Of a DNA stretch of 64,000 nt, positions 63,671-64,000 are shown piece after piece (positions within the stretch are counted from its first letter, which is position 1; each line of letters starts with the position of its first letter). A program made the translations under genes and the position numbers. This stretch comes from Zygnema circumcarinatum SAG 698-1b (taxonomy: Eukaryota; Plantae; Zygnematophyceae): NCBI GenBank assembly GCA_037447605.1, contig CM074808.1:1612001-1676000 (forward strand), written 5' to 3'. Below the pieces are notes generated by a model that was not told where the DNA came from, ran no database searches, and worked only from the letters and a program-made list of their open reading frames with translations.

Positions 63671-64000
63671 CTGGAAGCCGATCACCATGACAAACATGCC
63701 CATAGTCATGCATCCTGGTGTAGATAGAGACTCGAGTGGGCTGAACCAGACTGCAATGAAATCCTCAACAATCCCTGAAGCCTCCTCTATACAAAACCGG
63801 CAAATCACTTGGGAAAAAGTAGAGGACATTATCACCAGCAACTACTGCACAGCTTGAACTGAAATGCCCAGAAAAGCTAGTCAGGGTATAGAAGAATGGA
63901 GATCCAAATAAAACCTCTGCGCAGCCCACGAAGACTATAAAAAAAAAAAAAAAAAACTCTTTTGCAGATCTTCAGATTAAAAGAGCTGGAAATCAGCTGC

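Overview
Eukaryotic nuclear DNA with intron-rich genes, GT-AG introns and plant-type plastid and mitochondrial proteins. The combination of UVR8, NdhU, MYB3R and a MYC-type bHLH with an algal-style bZIP suggests a streptophyte green alga (Klebsormidium-like); this assignment is inference. The left 12.5 kb is a transposon-rich block. It holds a Ty3/gypsy gag-pol fragment with a clear -1 frameshift cassette, GC-rich palindromic repeats, one host membrane-protein gene, and an apparently intact 3.2-kb Mutator element (TIRs, poly-A TSD, DDE transposase whose stop codon lies inside a splice donor). It also holds a foldback-like array built from hairpins whose loops occur in both orientations, and a degenerate telomere-like tract. 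From 12.9 kb to the end is a compact run of host genes: adenylosuccinate synthetase, a small plastid membrane protein, an ankyrin protein, a MYC-like bHLH, a KH/FUBP-like protein, a CYP22/PPIH-like cyclophilin, NdhU, MYB3R, PET117, mitochondrial bL9, an SDR, an atypical bZIP and the 3' part of UVR8. Three of these gene pairs are arranged head-to-head. All gene models and alignments were read by hand; no database searches were run.
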